A stretch of DNA of 63,306 bases, filler included, from 4 parts of 4 records of this genome joined end to end with filler, not necessarily neighbours in it; one strand, 5' to 3'. Positions 37,491-47,344 are shown, numbered from the whole stretch's first letter. Numbers and translations: made by a program. Notes: a model not told the origin generated them from the sequence alone.

Positions 37491-38870
37491 ATGATGAAAA
37501 AACCAGTCTTGCTATTGATTTTTACGGCTTTGATTGCCCTGCCGGTGTTTGCGCAGGATACCATCCTGGATACTTATTTGAGGATGGGTCTTGAAAGTAA
37601 CCTGGCACTCAGGCAAAAGCAGCTCTCCTACGAAAAAGACCTGGAAGCACTCAACGAGGCGCGCGGCATGTTCTTCCCAAATATCAGTCTGAACGCGCGA
37701 TACACAGTTGCCAGCGGTGGCCGTACCATCGATTTTCCCATTGGTGATCTGATGAATCCCGTTTATTCAACGCTGAATGCACTCACCGCCAACCTGCCGC
37801 CGGATCAGCAGTTTCCGGACACACAGGTGGAGAACGAGCAGTTCTATTTTTACCGGCCCACCGAACAGGAAACCAAGCTCAGCCTGACGCAACCCATTTT
37901 CAACCGACAGATCCATTTCAACTACAAAATGAAACAGGATTTTGCCCGGGCCGGATATCTGGATGTGAGCATCTACAAACGGGAGCTCACAGCAGAAATC
38001 AAGAAAGCTTATTATCGCTTTTTACAAACACATTATGTCCGGCAGTTGCTCGATCAAACCCTGGATCTGGTTCAGGAAAATGTTAGGGTAAACGAAAGTT
38101 TGTACCGGAATGATAAAGTTACCATTGATGTGGTGGATCGATCGAAAGCTGAATACAGCAAGGTGGAGCAGCAGATTGCAGATGCAGAGAAAAACAACAG
38201 GGTTTCGGCAGCTTATCTCAACTTTTTGCTCAACCGGCCTTTAACCGACGAAATTATGGTTTGGGAAGACCCGAACATCCAGCCGCAGGAGGTGAACATG
38301 GATGAGATGCTCAGCAGCGCGCTGGAAAACCGGCAGGAGTTCGACCTGATGGATGCTTATCTCGATGCCACAGAAAACATGCTGAAGCTCAATAAAAGCA
38401 ATAAAATTCCATCGGTGATTGCCGCTGTGGATTATGGTATCCAGGGAGAAACTTATGAAATCGACAGCAAAGCAGATTTTTTCCTGGGTTCGCTGGTGCT
38501 GAAGTGGGACCTGTTCACCGGTTCCTCCAACAACGCCAAAATCCGCCAGGCCGAACTGGAAAGCAGGATTCTGGAAGAGCAGAAATCCGAACTGAAAAAT
38601 CAGGTGAACCTGGAAGTAATCAGTGCGTATTATGATCTGCTTGCCGCCGAAAAATCCATTTCTTCTGCCCGGCAGCAGCGCGAAAGCACTGAAAGTGCAT
38701 TTAAGCTGATCAACAAAAAATACAATCAGGGCCAGGTCACCTTGATTGAATTCCTGGATGCCCGGAACTCGATGACCAATGCCGAGGAAAACCTCATCAT
38801 CACCCTTGCGGACTACCTTGTAAAATTCGCCGAGCTCGAGCGGGTGTCAGGAAAATTGAATGTAGAATAG
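37491..38870 (+). CDS. TolC-family outer membrane efflux protein
   Basis: Signal peptide and two OEP repeats (FFPNISL; KYNQGQVTLIEFLDA). Confidence 0.92.
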   Translation: MMKKPVLLLIFTALIALPVFAQDTILDTYLRMGLESNLALRQKQLSYEKDLEALNEARGMFFPNISLNARYTVASGGRTIDFPIGDLMNPVYSTLNALTANLPPDQQFPDTQVENEQFYFYRPTEQETKLSLTQPIFNRQIHFNYKMKQDFARAGYLDVSIYKRELTAEIKKAYYRFLQTHYVRQLLDQTLDLVQENVRVNESLYRNDKVTIDVVDRSKAEYSKVEQQIADAEKNNRVSAAYLNFLLNRPLTDEIMVWEDPNIQPQEVNMDEMLSSALENRQEFDLMDAYLDATENMLKLNKSNKIPSVIAAVDYGIQGETYEIDSKADFFLGSLVLKWDLFTGSSNNAKIRQAELESRILEEQKSELKNQVNLEVISAYYDLLAAEKSISSARQQRESTESAFKLINKKYNQGQVTLIEFLDARNSMTNAEENLIITLADYLVKFAELERVSGKLNVE

Positions 38871-38880
38871 AAATTTAGAA

Positions 38881-39042
38881 AACTGTCAGACAATTGATTA
38901 AACTTGTCAGACGCTTAAAGCAATTCGTGAAACACATATCATTAATCAATAATAGTGAACTGTCTGACAGTGAAAATAACGAATAACCCCTCCTACGCTA
39001 ACGCTTCGGAGGACAAGGCAAATAACCCAATAACAAATAACT
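38881..39042. repeat. Intra-operon repeat elements
   Basis: TGTCAGAC x2 with inverted GTCTGACA, a CCTCC-TACGCTAACGCTTC-GGAGG hairpin, and AATAAC heptamers. Confidence 0.5.
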
Positions 39043-39051
39043 TCCAAACCG

Positions 39052-40089
39052 ATGAAAACCCAAATCAAATTTTTGTCCATAATCTCTCTTGCAGTTTTCT
39101 TTTTATCATCCTGCACCCAGGAAGAAAAACAAGTGAAAGAGATCAAACCCACCAAAGTAAAAGTTGCTGCGGTTGAGGAGGTCACCCAAAGTTTCCCGAT
39201 TACGGCCAGTGGGAGCCTGGCATCGAAAACGGAAGCCAAACTCAGTTTTAAAACCGGCGGGATTATCGCAGCCATTTATGCCGGCGAGGGTCAAACGGTA
39301 AAGCAGGGCACCCTGCTGGCAAAGCTCGACCTGGCTGAAATTGAAGCGCAGGTGCGGCAGGCTGAACTGGCTTACGAAAAAGCAAAGCGTGATCTTGGCA
39401 GGGTGGAAAATCTGTATCGCGACAGCGTGGCTACCCTGGAAAATTTCCAGGATGCAACCACCGGACTGGAAGTTGCAGAATCCACTTTGAAGATCGCCAG
39501 ATTCAATTTGCAGTATTCCAAAATCCTGGCACCCTCCAACGGGAAAATCCTCAGAAAACTGGCCTCCGAAAATGAGCTGATCAGTTCAGGGATGCCGGTA
39601 TTTTTGTTTGCACCTACACAAGAGGAGATGGTCGTCAGGGTTAACCTCACCGACCGCGATATTGTGCGCATTGAGTTGCGCGATCGTGCTGAAATAAAAT
39701 TTGATGCCTGGCCGGGAGAAACCTTTTCAGCAAGCGTCACCGAAATTGCCAATGCCGCCGATCCCTACACCGGGACTTACGAGGTGGAAATTGAGCTTGA
39801 ACCGACAAAAAGAAAACTGCTGTCCGGATTTATTGCGCGGGTTGCCATTATTCCCGGCGAGGAAAACAGCTTCCTCAAAATCCCCGTCGAAGCATTGGTT
39901 GACGGACGTGGAGATGACGGCTATGTTTTTACGGTTTCGGATAACAAAGCCATCAGGAAAAAGGTAAGGATAAGCCGCATCGATGGTGACAAGCTCATCA
40001 TCACAGGCGGGCTGAAAAGCGGCGACAGCGTGATCACCGAGGGCGCCCAGTACGTGGAAGACAATGCGAAAGTTGACATCATCGGATAA
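39052..40089 (+). CDS. RND efflux periplasmic adaptor (MFP), lipoprotein
   Basis: LSSC lipobox, LSFKTGG, biotinyl-lipoyl halves (EGQTVKQG; ILAPSNG) and ADPYTGTYEV. Confidence 0.93.
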   Translation: MKTQIKFLSIISLAVFFLSSCTQEEKQVKEIKPTKVKVAAVEEVTQSFPITASGSLASKTEAKLSFKTGGIIAAIYAGEGQTVKQGTLLAKLDLAEIEAQVRQAELAYEKAKRDLGRVENLYRDSVATLENFQDATTGLEVAESTLKIARFNLQYSKILAPSNGKILRKLASENELISSGMPVFLFAPTQEEMVVRVNLTDRDIVRIELRDRAEIKFDAWPGETFSASVTEIANAADPYTGTYEVEIELEPTKRKLLSGFIARVAIIPGEENSFLKIPVEALVDGRGDDGYVFTVSDNKAIRKKVRISRIDGDKLIITGGLKSGDSVITEGAQYVEDNAKVDIIG

Positions 40090-40106
40090 CCAAAAATCCT
40101 GAAACC

Positions 40107-43100
40107 ATGAAACTACCAAAAATAGCACTGGACAATCCCCAGTTTACCACCGTACTTTTTGTGCTGCTCTTTTTTATGGGCATCTCGGCATACATCACCA
40201 TGCCGCGAACCGAAGATCCGCCCATCAACATTCCCGGCGCAACCGTCATCGCCATCTATCCAGGGGCCAATCCTGTCGACCTGGAGCAGCTCATCGCAAC
40301 GCCCATCGAGGAATCCATCAACGAGCTCGACGATATCAAAGTAATGGAAACCACCGTCAACGATGGCGTGGTGATGACCAATGTTGAGTTCCTGTTCAGT
40401 TCGGATGCCGATGAGAAATTTGATGAGGTTATCCGCCAGGTGAACAACATCCGCAGCTATTTGCCCGACGACATGTATGAGCTCACCGTCACCAAGTGGG
40501 CCAGCTCCGACGTGGTGATCAAATTCCTGGCACTCACCTCCGAAACAGCCGAGTTTTACGAGCTGGAAGAAATGGCCGAAAAGCTCAAAAAAGACATCGA
40601 GAAAGTGAATGGTGTGCGAAAGGTGGAACTGCTGGCCTACCCTGAACAGGAGGTGCGCATTTCGCTGGACATGCAAAAAATGGCGCAGATGCATATTTCG
40701 CTGGATGATGTGTCGAATGCCATCAACAGCAGCAATGCCAATATCCCCGGTGGCTCGCTGAAACTCGGCGACAAACTTTTCAGCATCAAAACTTCCGGCA
40801 CTTACGCCGAACTGGATGAGATCAGGAATACGGTTGTGGGTTCGTATATGGGCAAAATCGTATATCTGAAATCCATTGCCGATGTGGCTTTCGATTATGA
40901 AGACGAAAAGTATTTCGGGCGTTTCAATGGTGAAAGAGCTCTTTTCATCACGGTGCAGCAAAAGGAAAACTTCAACATATTCACCATCAAAGACGGACTG
41001 AATGACGTGCTGGCGGATTTCAGGGCCGGGCTCCGCGAAGGCATCTCCCTGAATTCCATCTTCGACCAGAGCGAAAGTGTGGATGAGCGCATCAACGGAT
41101 TTATGAGCAACCTGCTGGGTGGGATTCTGCTGGTGGGCATCGTAATCTTGCTTGCACTGGGATTCCGCGCTTCTGTCATGGTGATCCTTGCTATTCCGCT
41201 TTCCATTTTTATCGGACTGGCGCTCAACGATCTCAGCGGCATCGGTCTGCAACAGATGTCCATCGCCGGGCTGGTGATCGCGCTGGGTTTACTGGTGGAT
41301 AATTCCATTGTGATCGTGGAAAACATCAACCGGTTTATTTCCATGGGATTTTCCCGTAAGGAGGCGGCCCTGAAAGCCACCAGCCAGTTGGGGTGGCCGG
41401 TGGTGAGTGCAACGGTAACAACCATGCTGGCATTCATTCCCATCATCAGCATGCCCGATAAATCCGGGGCTTTCATCCAAAGCATGCCCATTACCGTGGT
41501 TTACACGCTGGCGGCATCGCTGTTCATCGCGCTTACCCTAACGCCGCTTTTGTCGAGCAGGGTGCTCAGAAAATCGGCTTCCGCTAAAGTTACAACCGGC
41601 ATTCGCTTCCTCAAAAATGTGATCGAAGGGCCATATCGCAGCACGTTGAGGGTTGCACTCAAAAATAAATTTGCAGTTATCCTTGCTGCAATATTGCTGC
41701 TGGCAGGATCCTTTTCTCTTTTCCCCCTTGTTGGTGTAAGCTTTTTCCCGAAAGCTGAAAAACCGCAGTTCCTCATCCGGATCAATCTGCCGCAGGGTTC
41801 CAATGTGGATAAAACCGACGAGGTGGCCCGCTATGTGGAATCTGTTTTGGATACGATGCCTGAGGTGCGGTTTTACGGAACCAACGTGGGGCACGGTAAT
41901 CCCAGGATTTATTACAACATTTTTGCAAAACGCTTTTCGCCCTACTTTGCCGAGATTTTTGTGAACCTGCATGCATACGAATTTGTGGCCTTCAACAAAA
42001 CCCTGGATGGGCTTCGTGAGCTTTTTGATGACTATCCGGGAGCTGAAATTGTGGTGAAGGAGTTTGAGCAGGGCCCGCCTGTGGAGGCGCCGCTGGCCAT
42101 CAAGGTTACCGGCGACAACCTGGACCTGTTGCGGGAAATTGCCGCCGATGTGGAGCAAATCGTCGAAAATGCGGAGGGCTCTTTAAACGTGGATAATGTG
42201 CTGGCCAAAACCACCATCGATCTGCAATTCAATATCAATCGCGACAAAGCCGGGATGTTTGGCGTGCCGGTGCATCAGATAGATAAAACCATCCGCACAG
42301 CCATTAACGGGATGACGGTTTCCAGGTTCAGGGATAGCGACGGCAAGGAATACAACATGGTGCTGCGCCTTCCCGCCGATGAGGATCTGACTACCGAAGA
42401 TTTTGATAAAATATATGTTACTTCCGTTACCGGGAAACATATTCCCATCCGGCAGTTTGCAACGGTGGAGTTTAATCTGGCCCCGGGCATCATCACCCAC
42501 TACAATATGGACCGCAACTCCACCATCACCTCCGACATTGCCAAAGGTTATACGCTTGATGAAGTGGTGGCCGTAGTTGAACCGCAGCTTGAAGCCTATA
42601 ACTGGCCTGACGGCTACGGTTATAAATTTGCCGGCGAACTGGAAAGCCGCGACGAAAGTTTCGGCGGGATGGCCAAAGCCAGCCTCATTGCCGTGATCGC
42701 CATTTTTGCGGTGCTGGTGCTCCAGTTCAGGTCGCTGGCCCAGCCGCTGATCATTTATTCGGCCATTCCCTTTGCGATGATCGGCTCCATTCTGGCGCTG
42801 TTTATCACCGGATATACATTCTCGTTTACGGCCTTTGTGGGGCTGATCAGTCTGATCGGCATTGTGATCAACAACTCCATCATTATGGTGGATTATACAA
42901 ACGAGCTGCGGCGGGACGGCAAATCCATGGATGCGGCCCTCACCGAAGCCGGCGAAACCCGCTTCACGCCCATCATCCTCACCACGCTCACCACCATTGG
43001 CGGCCTACTGCCCCTAACCCTGCGCGGCGGCACCATGTGGGCACCCATGGGCTGGACCATCATCGGCGGATTGCTGGTTTCCACCGTCCTCACCCTCATC

Positions 43101-43160
43101 ATGGTGCCGGTGTTGTATAAGGTGTTTTCAAAAAAATCACTTTACCTGAAAAATTCATGA
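40107..43160 (+). CDS. RND efflux permease (AcrB family)
   Basis: 1017 aa with ALGLLVDNSIVIVENI, GIVINNSII and RFTPIILTTLTTIGGLLP motifs. Confidence 0.95.
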   Translation: MKLPKIALDNPQFTTVLFVLLFFMGISAYITMPRTEDPPINIPGATVIAIYPGANPVDLEQLIATPIEESINELDDIKVMETTVNDGVVMTNVEFLFSSDADEKFDEVIRQVNNIRSYLPDDMYELTVTKWASSDVVIKFLALTSETAEFYELEEMAEKLKKDIEKVNGVRKVELLAYPEQEVRISLDMQKMAQMHISLDDVSNAINSSNANIPGGSLKLGDKLFSIKTSGTYAELDEIRNTVVGSYMGKIVYLKSIADVAFDYEDEKYFGRFNGERALFITVQQKENFNIFTIKDGLNDVLADFRAGLREGISLNSIFDQSESVDERINGFMSNLLGGILLVGIVILLALGFRASVMVILAIPLSIFIGLALNDLSGIGLQQMSIAGLVIALGLLVDNSIVIVENINRFISMGFSRKEAALKATSQLGWPVVSATVTTMLAFIPIISMPDKSGAFIQSMPITVVYTLAASLFIALTLTPLLSSRVLRKSASAKVTTGIRFLKNVIEGPYRSTLRVALKNKFAVILAAILLLAGSFSLFPLVGVSFFPKAEKPQFLIRINLPQGSNVDKTDEVARYVESVLDTMPEVRFYGTNVGHGNPRIYYNIFAKRFSPYFAEIFVNLHAYEFVAFNKTLDGLRELFDDYPGAEIVVKEFEQGPPVEAPLAIKVTGDNLDLLREIAADVEQIVENAEGSLNVDNVLAKTTIDLQFNINRDKAGMFGVPVHQIDKTIRTAINGMTVSRFRDSDGKEYNMVLRLPADEDLTTEDFDKIYVTSVTGKHIPIRQFATVEFNLAPGIITHYNMDRNSTITSDIAKGYTLDEVVAVVEPQLEAYNWPDGYGYKFAGELESRDESFGGMAKASLIAVIAIFAVLVLQFRSLAQPLIIYSAIPFAMIGSILALFITGYTFSFTAFVGLISLIGIVINNSIIMVDYTNELRRDGKSMDAALTEAGETRFTPIILTTLTTIGGLLPLTLRGGTMWAPMGWTIIGGLLVSTVLTLIMVPVLYKVFSKKSLYLKNS

Positions 43161-43169
43161 ATTTTCAGG

Positions 43170-43214
43170 TTAAGTTTGATGAAGTGATTCAGGAACTCAG
43201 AAAAAAAACGGGTT
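43170..43214 (+). pseudogene. Short remnant of the XRE antitoxin gene
   Basis: TGATTCAGGAACTCAGAAAA(G)AAAACGGGTT is near-identical to 33989-34019 inside the antitoxin. Confidence 0.7.
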
Positions 43215-43272
43215 GTTTATCCGAAAAAATACAAAACAATTAATAGCCTGTCAGGGGTGCTAGCTTGCGAGC

Positions 43273-43511
43273 GGGTAAACCTAACAGGTCCTCACTTGCC
43301 GGGCGTAAGGAAGTTACTCATTTGAGTTTTCTGTAGTTTTTTGGAGCAGACCAGTTAGGTTACGCTGTCACGCTTTAAACAGCATTCAATAAAAATTCCG
43401 GCCTCTTATGAAGACCGGAATTTTTTATCAAGGAACTCTGACAGGGTTTCAAACACGGTCAGAGTTTTCCCGAAAGGTATTCATACGATGACTCACAGTC
43501 ATCGTATGAAT
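43273..43511. repeat. Composite palindromic repeat, copy 2
   Basis: Homologous to 34256-34507. Includes AACTCTGACAGGGTTTCAAACACGGTCAGAGTT and ATTCATACGATGACT-cac-AGTCATCGTATGAAT. Confidence 0.88.
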
Positions 43512-43523
43512 CATTTCTTAACC

Positions 43524-45638
43524 CTATTCATATTTCGGCGTAATCCCCATATTGAAAAACAGGAAAGAATAAATATCGGCGTATTCCTCGATGATCTTGG
43601 CTGTGGGTTTGCCCGCGCCGTGGCCTGCCTTGGTTTCGATGCGGATGAGCGTTGGATTGTTGCACGATTGCTTATCCTGCAACTCGCTGATGAATTTAAA
43701 GGAGTGTGCTGGCACAACCCTGTCGTCGTGATCGGCGGTGGTGACCATGGTAGCCGGGTAGCAGGTACCAGCTTTAATATTGTGCAAAGGCGAGTATTTG
43801 ATCAGGTATTCAAACGCTTCTGGTTCATCGCTTTTGCCATAATCGGTGGCCCAGGCCCAGCCAATGGTAAACAGGTGGTAGCGCAGCATATCCAACACAC
43901 CAACCGCCGGAAAAGCAACACGCACCAGTTCGGGGCGCTGGGTCATCACAGTACCCACCAGCAATCCGCCGTTGGAGCCGCCCTGGATAGCCAGGTAATC
44001 AGAAGAGGTGTATTTGTTATTGATGAGGTATTCGGCGGCAGCGATGAAATCATCAAACACATTTTGCTTTTGTCCCAGCGTACCGGCCATGTGCCAGTCT
44101 TCGCCGTATTCACCGCCACCGCGGATGTTGGGCATGGCAAATACGCCGCCCTGCTCGAGCAGGAGCAACCGTGTGGTGCTGAATCCGGGCGTGAGGCTCA
44201 CATTAAAACCACCATAGCCGTAAAGCAGGGTAGGATTCTTGCCGTTCAGCTCCAGGCCTTTTTTGTGTACAATAAACATCGGAACTTTTGTGCCGTCCTT
44301 GCTTTCGTAGAAAACCTGTTTGGTTTCGTATTTCGAGGCATCAAAATCGATCTGTGGTGCACGGTAAATTTCCGATTCATTTTTCCCTATGTCATATTTG
44401 TATATGGTGCTTGGGAAGGTGAAGGAGGTAAAACCATAAAAAGCTTCCGTTTCATCTTTTTCTCCGTTAAACCCACTCATGGTACCGATTCCCGGCAGAT
44501 TGAGGTCGCCTACTTTGTTGCCTTTCATATCATAAATAAAAGCCTGGCTGTAGGCGTCTTTCATATATTCGGCCACAATTTTTCCACCCACCAGCGAGAT
44601 GCCTTCAAGCACTTCCTTTTTTTCGGGTAGGATGGTTTTCCAGTTTTCCCTGGCCATATTTTTAGGGTCCACCTCGATGAGCTGGTATTTCGGGGCTTCA
44701 AAGTCGGTGCGCACCAGCAGTTTACCCTTCCAGTCGTCAACCACGCCGTAATCATTGTCAAACCCTTCCACCAGTGTTTCAAACTTTGCATCCTTTTTTG
44801 TGAGGTCTTTGATGTAGAGCGCGTTCCCTGTGGTGCTTTCCGTTTCATACATAATCAGGAATTTCTCATCTTCGGTAGTCGAACAGTAATAGTTTCTGAG
44901 CGGATAATCAGGGTTTTCCCAGATTAACTTGTCTTTTGACTGGTCTTCTCCAACCTTGTGATAATAAACTTTGTGGTATTCATTTTTTCCGGACAACTCA
45001 CTGCCCTTGGGTTCGTCGTATCTGCTGTAGTAAAAACCGCCACCCTGCCATGAGATGCCTGAGAATTTGATCCATTTCAGGTGGTCGTCCAGCATTTTGC
45101 GGCTATCGATTTCCATCACAAAAATCTCGTTCCAGTCGGAGCCGCCACGGGCGATGCCGTAGGCCAGATATTTCCCGTCTTTCGAAACATTGTAGCTGGC
45201 AAGCGCCACTGTTCCGTCATCGGAGAGTTTATTGGGGTCGAGCAGCACTTCCGGATCTGCTTCAAGGTTTTCCTGAACATACAATACACTTTGGTTTTGC
45301 ATGCCATCATTCTTAAAGAAAAAATAGCGATCGCCTTTTTTAAAAGTCACACTAAATTTCGGGTAATCCCAGATTTGGGTAAGGCGTTCTTTCACCTGGT
45401 TGCGGAAAGGAATTTTATCGAGGTATCCGTAAGTCACTTTGTTTTGCTCTTTCACCCAGGCTTCAGTTTCAGCTGAGGTGTCGTTTTCAAGCCAGCGGTA
45501 AGGATCTGCTATGGTGGTACCGTGATAATCATCGGTTACATCACCTTTTTTGGTTTGAGGGTAGTTCATCTTTTGTTCCTGCATACAACTTTGCATCATG
45601 AGTCCTGCAACAATTAGTAAGTAAATTAGTTTTTTCAT
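43524..45638 (-). CDS. Prolyl oligopeptidase (S9A), lipoprotein
   Basis: DPYRWLE, GGSNGG, HDDRV and GHGAGKP motifs, MQSC lipobox. ATG 45638 lies downstream of a TACTTTTG -7 element (45687-45694). Confidence 0.96.
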   Translation of the reverse strand: MKKLIYLLIVAGLMMQSCMQEQKMNYPQTKKGDVTDDYHGTTIADPYRWLENDTSAETEAWVKEQNKVTYGYLDKIPFRNQVKERLTQIWDYPKFSVTFKKGDRYFFFKNDGMQNQSVLYVQENLEADPEVLLDPNKLSDDGTVALASYNVSKDGKYLAYGIARGGSDWNEIFVMEIDSRKMLDDHLKWIKFSGISWQGGGFYYSRYDEPKGSELSGKNEYHKVYYHKVGEDQSKDKLIWENPDYPLRNYYCSTTEDEKFLIMYETESTTGNALYIKDLTKKDAKFETLVEGFDNDYGVVDDWKGKLLVRTDFEAPKYQLIEVDPKNMARENWKTILPEKKEVLEGISLVGGKIVAEYMKDAYSQAFIYDMKGNKVGDLNLPGIGTMSGFNGEKDETEAFYGFTSFTFPSTIYKYDIGKNESEIYRAPQIDFDASKYETKQVFYESKDGTKVPMFIVHKKGLELNGKNPTLLYGYGGFNVSLTPGFSTTRLLLLEQGGVFAMPNIRGGGEYGEDWHMAGTLGQKQNVFDDFIAAAEYLINNKYTSSDYLAIQGGSNGGLLVGTVMTQRPELVRVAFPAVGVLDMLRYHLFTIGWAWATDYGKSDEPEAFEYLIKYSPLHNIKAGTCYPATMVTTADHDDRVVPAHSFKFISELQDKQSCNNPTLIRIETKAGHGAGKPTAKIIEEYADIYSFLFFNMGITPKYE

Positions 45639-45933
45639 CTTGAATCGTTTTGTGATCGTTATCGAATCCTTTAATATTGCAAAGCGCAAAAGTAGTTAAT
45701 CAGGCGTTTACACTGATGTTAAATAGCAACGATTGTAAATTAGGTTGAAGATCATGTATTAAGATAGTAGAAGGAAGTAAGAAGTAAGTAGTAAAAAGTA
45801 GGATGCAAGTTATTTGAAGAATATACTGCCCACTGGATACTGAAACCTGGCGACTGAAAACTGCGTACTAATAAACTTTTTAGATGCTGTAAGTTTCAAC
45901 AAAAAAGGAAGTAGAATATTAAAAAAAACACAC

Positions 45934-46905
45934 ATGAGCATGAAAGTAAAAATCCGAAATGTATTCAGGATTGACGTACCACCGGAAGAAAACCATGAAG
46001 ATTATCGTGATTTTGAAGGACGGATTCCTTACGGGAAAAACATCTTTGATGAAAACGGGAACCTGATTGGCGAGGATCGTTATGATGATGACGGCAACCT
46101 CATTGGCAGGATGCTTTATAAATATGATGAAAACAATTTTTTAGTGGGCGAGGAAACCTACGATGAAACCGGAGAACTGGAAGAAAAGCTCAGCTATGAG
46201 CGCGATGAAAAAGGCAGGATTCTCAGAAAATTTGTGCATTACCTGGATGGTAGTGTGGATACCATGACCTATGAATATGACGGTGATAAGCTATCGCGGA
46301 AAGTGCTCATGGATGAGGACGGTGAAATTGAATCGGAGGAAAAATTCACCTTTGACGGAGATAAACTGGTGAAGGAGGAAAAATTTGATTTTGGCGAGCT
46401 GATCGAAAAGAATGCGTTTAAGTTTGATGCAAACGGCAATGTGATTGAAGCGGTAATTTTTAAGGATGATGAATCCGGTAAAGTGGTGAACGAGTACGAT
46501 GAAAACGGAAACCGGACCGGCTCCTTTAAATATGATGACCGTGATAAACTATTCGAGAAAAACCTGTACACATACGATGCCAACGGCAACATGATTGAGG
46601 TAACTGAGGAAGACGCCTCCCGGAAAAATACCGTAAAAATGGGATACGACCCTAAGGGCAATGCCACCAGCCAGATTGAGTTCAACAGGGATGGATTTAA
46701 AAATCATGAAGTTTTCAGAGAATATGATGACGGAGGCAACCTGACTGAGGTGAGGGCCACGATCTTTAAGCCGTTGATTTCAGGCAAAGAAGCTTACGCC
46801 ACTACCATCCAAACTGTTGCAGCCATTTCGGATGCCAATGCCGGCGATGTGGTGATGCCCGACAGGAAATATATTTTGGTTTATGAATATGAGTACTGGG
46901 ATTAA
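45934..46905 (+). CDS. Acidic YD/RHS-like repeat protein, no signal peptide
   Basis: About ten (Y/F)D(E/A)NGN-type repeats with ~22-24 aa period. No RHS core or toxin domain recognised. Confidence 0.75.
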   Translation: MSMKVKIRNVFRIDVPPEENHEDYRDFEGRIPYGKNIFDENGNLIGEDRYDDDGNLIGRMLYKYDENNFLVGEETYDETGELEEKLSYERDEKGRILRKFVHYLDGSVDTMTYEYDGDKLSRKVLMDEDGEIESEEKFTFDGDKLVKEEKFDFGELIEKNAFKFDANGNVIEAVIFKDDESGKVVNEYDENGNRTGSFKYDDRDKLFEKNLYTYDANGNMIEVTEEDASRKNTVKMGYDPKGNATSQIEFNRDGFKNHEVFREYDDGGNLTEVRATIFKPLISGKEAYATTIQTVAAISDANAGDVVMPDRKYILVYEYEYWD

Positions 46906-46923
46906 TCCTGCATGCGGTCGGGG

Positions 46924-47098
46924 GTATTTGGTCTTCCCTGCCTGACTGCGTCACGCAGGCAGGGCTTCGCTCAGCGTAATTTGTCTTCGCTTTGCTCAGA
47001 GGCAATTGGCCTCACTGCGTTCGGCGTAATTTGCACTTCGTGCGTAATTTGTCTCCGCGCTGCTCAGACTTAATTTGACTCACTGAGTTTGGCGTCAT
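46924..47098. repeat. Tandem mini-hairpin array with GTAATTT linkers and a nested 27-bp CCTGCCTG/CAGGCAGG element
   Basis: Linkers at 46976, 47002, 47026, 47044 and 47070 separate GC-rich imperfect palindromes. Confidence 0.75.
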
Positions 47099-47344
47099 GG
47101 ATGGTCATTTCGAAAACGTATTGTTTGATTGATAAGCAGAAAAATTTCCCGGTTAAAATACCGGGAGAAAGTTTTTCAAAAGACTACGCCAAAAAAGATA
47201 TTCATCAATCAAACGTATTATATTCATATCAACTGTCAGATCAATGAGCAGGGCCAGTTTGATGATTCATGGGATGGCTTGCCAGATATGGGATCAGGGA
47301 GATGAAGCCAGAAGAAAGTTGGCATTAATGGAAACCAGCAGATT

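Larger units (their letters stand above)
33461..43626. mobile_element. Putative integrase-less genomic island integrated in the 3' end of the prolyl oligopeptidase gene
   Basis: Bounded by the 146-bp direct repeat. Cargo: TA pair, attC-like cassette, DUF4143 remnant and TetR-TolC-RND operon. Confidence 0.55.

Noticed and set aside
43488-44630. 380-aa + strand ORF
   Set aside because: Antisense shadow of the prolyl oligopeptidase. The long antisense ORFs over the RND (40113-41252), receptor (4218-5075) and MMPL (401-1177) genes were rejected for the same reason.
13909-46905. YD-repeat protein or MORN/YwqK protein as T6SS effector or immunity partners
   Set aside because: They lie on a different contig and organism from the T6SS genes.
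46924-47098. CRISPR array
   Set aside because: The constant part is only 7 bp, the variable parts are 11-19 bp palindromes related to each other, and there are no cas genes.
47166-47306. Possible RAYT transposase remnant (FQ...YIHIN)
   Set aside because: Too short and weak; no HUH motif or NP after YIHx.
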